A stretch of 64,000 nt of DNA from an uncultured Planctomycetaceae bacterium. Lineage in GTDB: Bacteria > Planctomycetota > Planctomycetia > Isosphaerales > Isosphaeraceae. The stretch lies in assembly GCA_963833985.1 (NCBI GenBank), contig CAWIAD010000002.1:5024001-5088000 (forward strand), read 5' to 3'. Every line of letters starts with the position of its first letter. Positions within the stretch are counted from its first letter, which is position 1. Below are positions 62,864-64,000 of the stretch, piece after piece. Position numbers and translations under genes: made by a program. The notes below the pieces were generated by a model. The model searched no databases. It was given only the letters and a program-made list of their open reading frames with translations, and was not told where the DNA came from.

Positions 62864-64000
62864 CTATCGCGTGGCCGATTCGAGATCGGGTTGCTGGCTG
62901 CGGTCCTCGGCAAGCTGAGAGAGCAGTTCCCGGAGGAGGTCAAAGTCCACCGGCTTGACCAGGTGGTGCTCGAACCCCGCGGCAAGCGACGCTTCCCGGT
63001 CCTTCTCCTGACCCCAGCCGGAGAGTGCCAGGAGACGCGCCTGGCGGAGCGTGGGGTCCGCCCGAAGTCGCCGGGCCACTTCATACCCGTCCATTTCCGG
63101 CATGCCGAGATCGAGGATGATCACGTGCGGCTCGAACGTGGTGGCCAGCCCCAGCGCCGATGGCCCGTCGTACGCCACCTGGATGACATGGCCTTGAAGC
63201 ATCATCAGCAGGCTTGCCAGGCTATCCGCAGCGTCCTGGTTATCGTCGACGACGAGGATGCGGCAATGACCCTTGGCGGACTCCGGCGGCACGGGCTGTT
63301 CCCGACCGGTGCCAGACCCTGCGGACGGCTCGGTCTGCGGGCAGAGAGGGAGCCGGATCACGAATTCGCTGCCCAGACCCGGGCCGTCACTCTGGGCGGT
63401 GATCGTGCCGCCGTGCAGCAGCACCAGCTTGCGGGCGAGACCCAGGCCAATGCCCAGCCCTCCCTGTCCGCGGCGCAGGCGATTCTCGCCGTGGGCGAAC
63501 ATCTCGAAGACGTTCAGCAGCATCTCCGGCGGAATGCCAATGCCCGCGTCCCGCACCCGCAGGACCACCTCGCCATTCTCCTCATGTGCCGAGACAGAGA
63601 TCTTCCCTCCCGGCTCGGTGTACCTGATGGCGTTGTTCAGCAGGTTCCAGAGAACCTGCTCCAGCCGCGTCGGGTCGGCGTGGAGCCAGATGGGCTTACC
63701 CGGTAGCGATACGGCCAGCGCATGCTCTCGCTCGGCCACGGCCTGGCCCACGTTCTCGATGACCCGCTCCACGATCGGAGCCAGCTCCACAACCTGACGC
63801 ACCAGGTCGATGCGCCCCTGGTTGATCCGCGCCACATCCACCAGATCACCGACCAGCCGTGCGAGGTGCTTGACCAGGCGCTCGGCCATGGACCTATGCC
63901 TCTCCTGATCCGGGTCTGTGGATCGACCCATGAGACGCAGTGCGTTGGCGATGGGTGCCAGCGGGTTGCGCAGCTCGTGCGCCAGCGTTGCCAGGAACTC
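62864..64000 (-). CDS. Hybrid histidine kinase/response regulator, 5' part outside the window
   Basis: EFLATLAHELRNPL, NLLNNA, DAGIGI, GLGIGL, receiver VVDD...LDLGMP...KP. Confidence 0.95.
   Translation of the reverse strand, partial: EFLATLAHELRNPLAPIANALRLMGRSTDPDQERHRSMAERLVKHLARLVGDLVDVARINQGRIDLVRQVVELAPIVERVIENVGQAVAEREHALAVSLPGKPIWLHADPTRLEQVLWNLLNNAIRYTEPGGKISVSAHEENGEVVLRVRDAGIGIPPEMLLNVFEMFAHGENRLRRGQGGLGIGLGLARKLVLLHGGTITAQSDGPGLGSEFVIRLPLCPQTEPSAGSGTGREQPVPPESAKGHCRILVVDDNQDAADSLASLLMMLQGHVIQVAYDGPSALGLATTFEPHVIILDLGMPEMDGYEVARRLRADPTLRQARLLALSGWGQEKDREASLAAGFEHHLVKPVDFDLLRELLSQLAEDRSQQPDLESATR

Overview
GC-rich chromosomal window from a planctomycete, most likely Isosphaeraceae. 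This is inferred from DUF1501, a PPC-domain protein, a PSCyt1-WD40 protein, a LEPRxLL-type signal and ECF sigma/Ser-Thr kinase genes. The left ~11 kb is accessory: a beta-helix secreted protein, a membrane kinase with ~9 helical 43-aa repeats, a putative toxin-antitoxin pair placed between the ECF sigma and that kinase, gene relics, and a RAYT/IS200-like HUH transposase. That transposase has a stuttered purine-rich REP-end tract upstream and an array of hairpins with TCAC loops downstream. The rest is mostly housekeeping (gdh, purB, rpsU, csrA, ispF, cysS, ruvC, thiS-thiG, dinG-like helicase, apt, clpX, mutY, cbiX). It is interspersed with an IS5 that interrupts a gene, an IS1634, an IS4-like MITE carrying a REP doublet, and a GTAG-type REP doublet. 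About 14 genes, including essential cysS, carry 1-2 nt frameshifts, so long-read indel errors are likely and split ORFs were rejoined by eye. No tRNA, rRNA or CRISPR array was recognised. All family calls come from motif recognition, not database searches.
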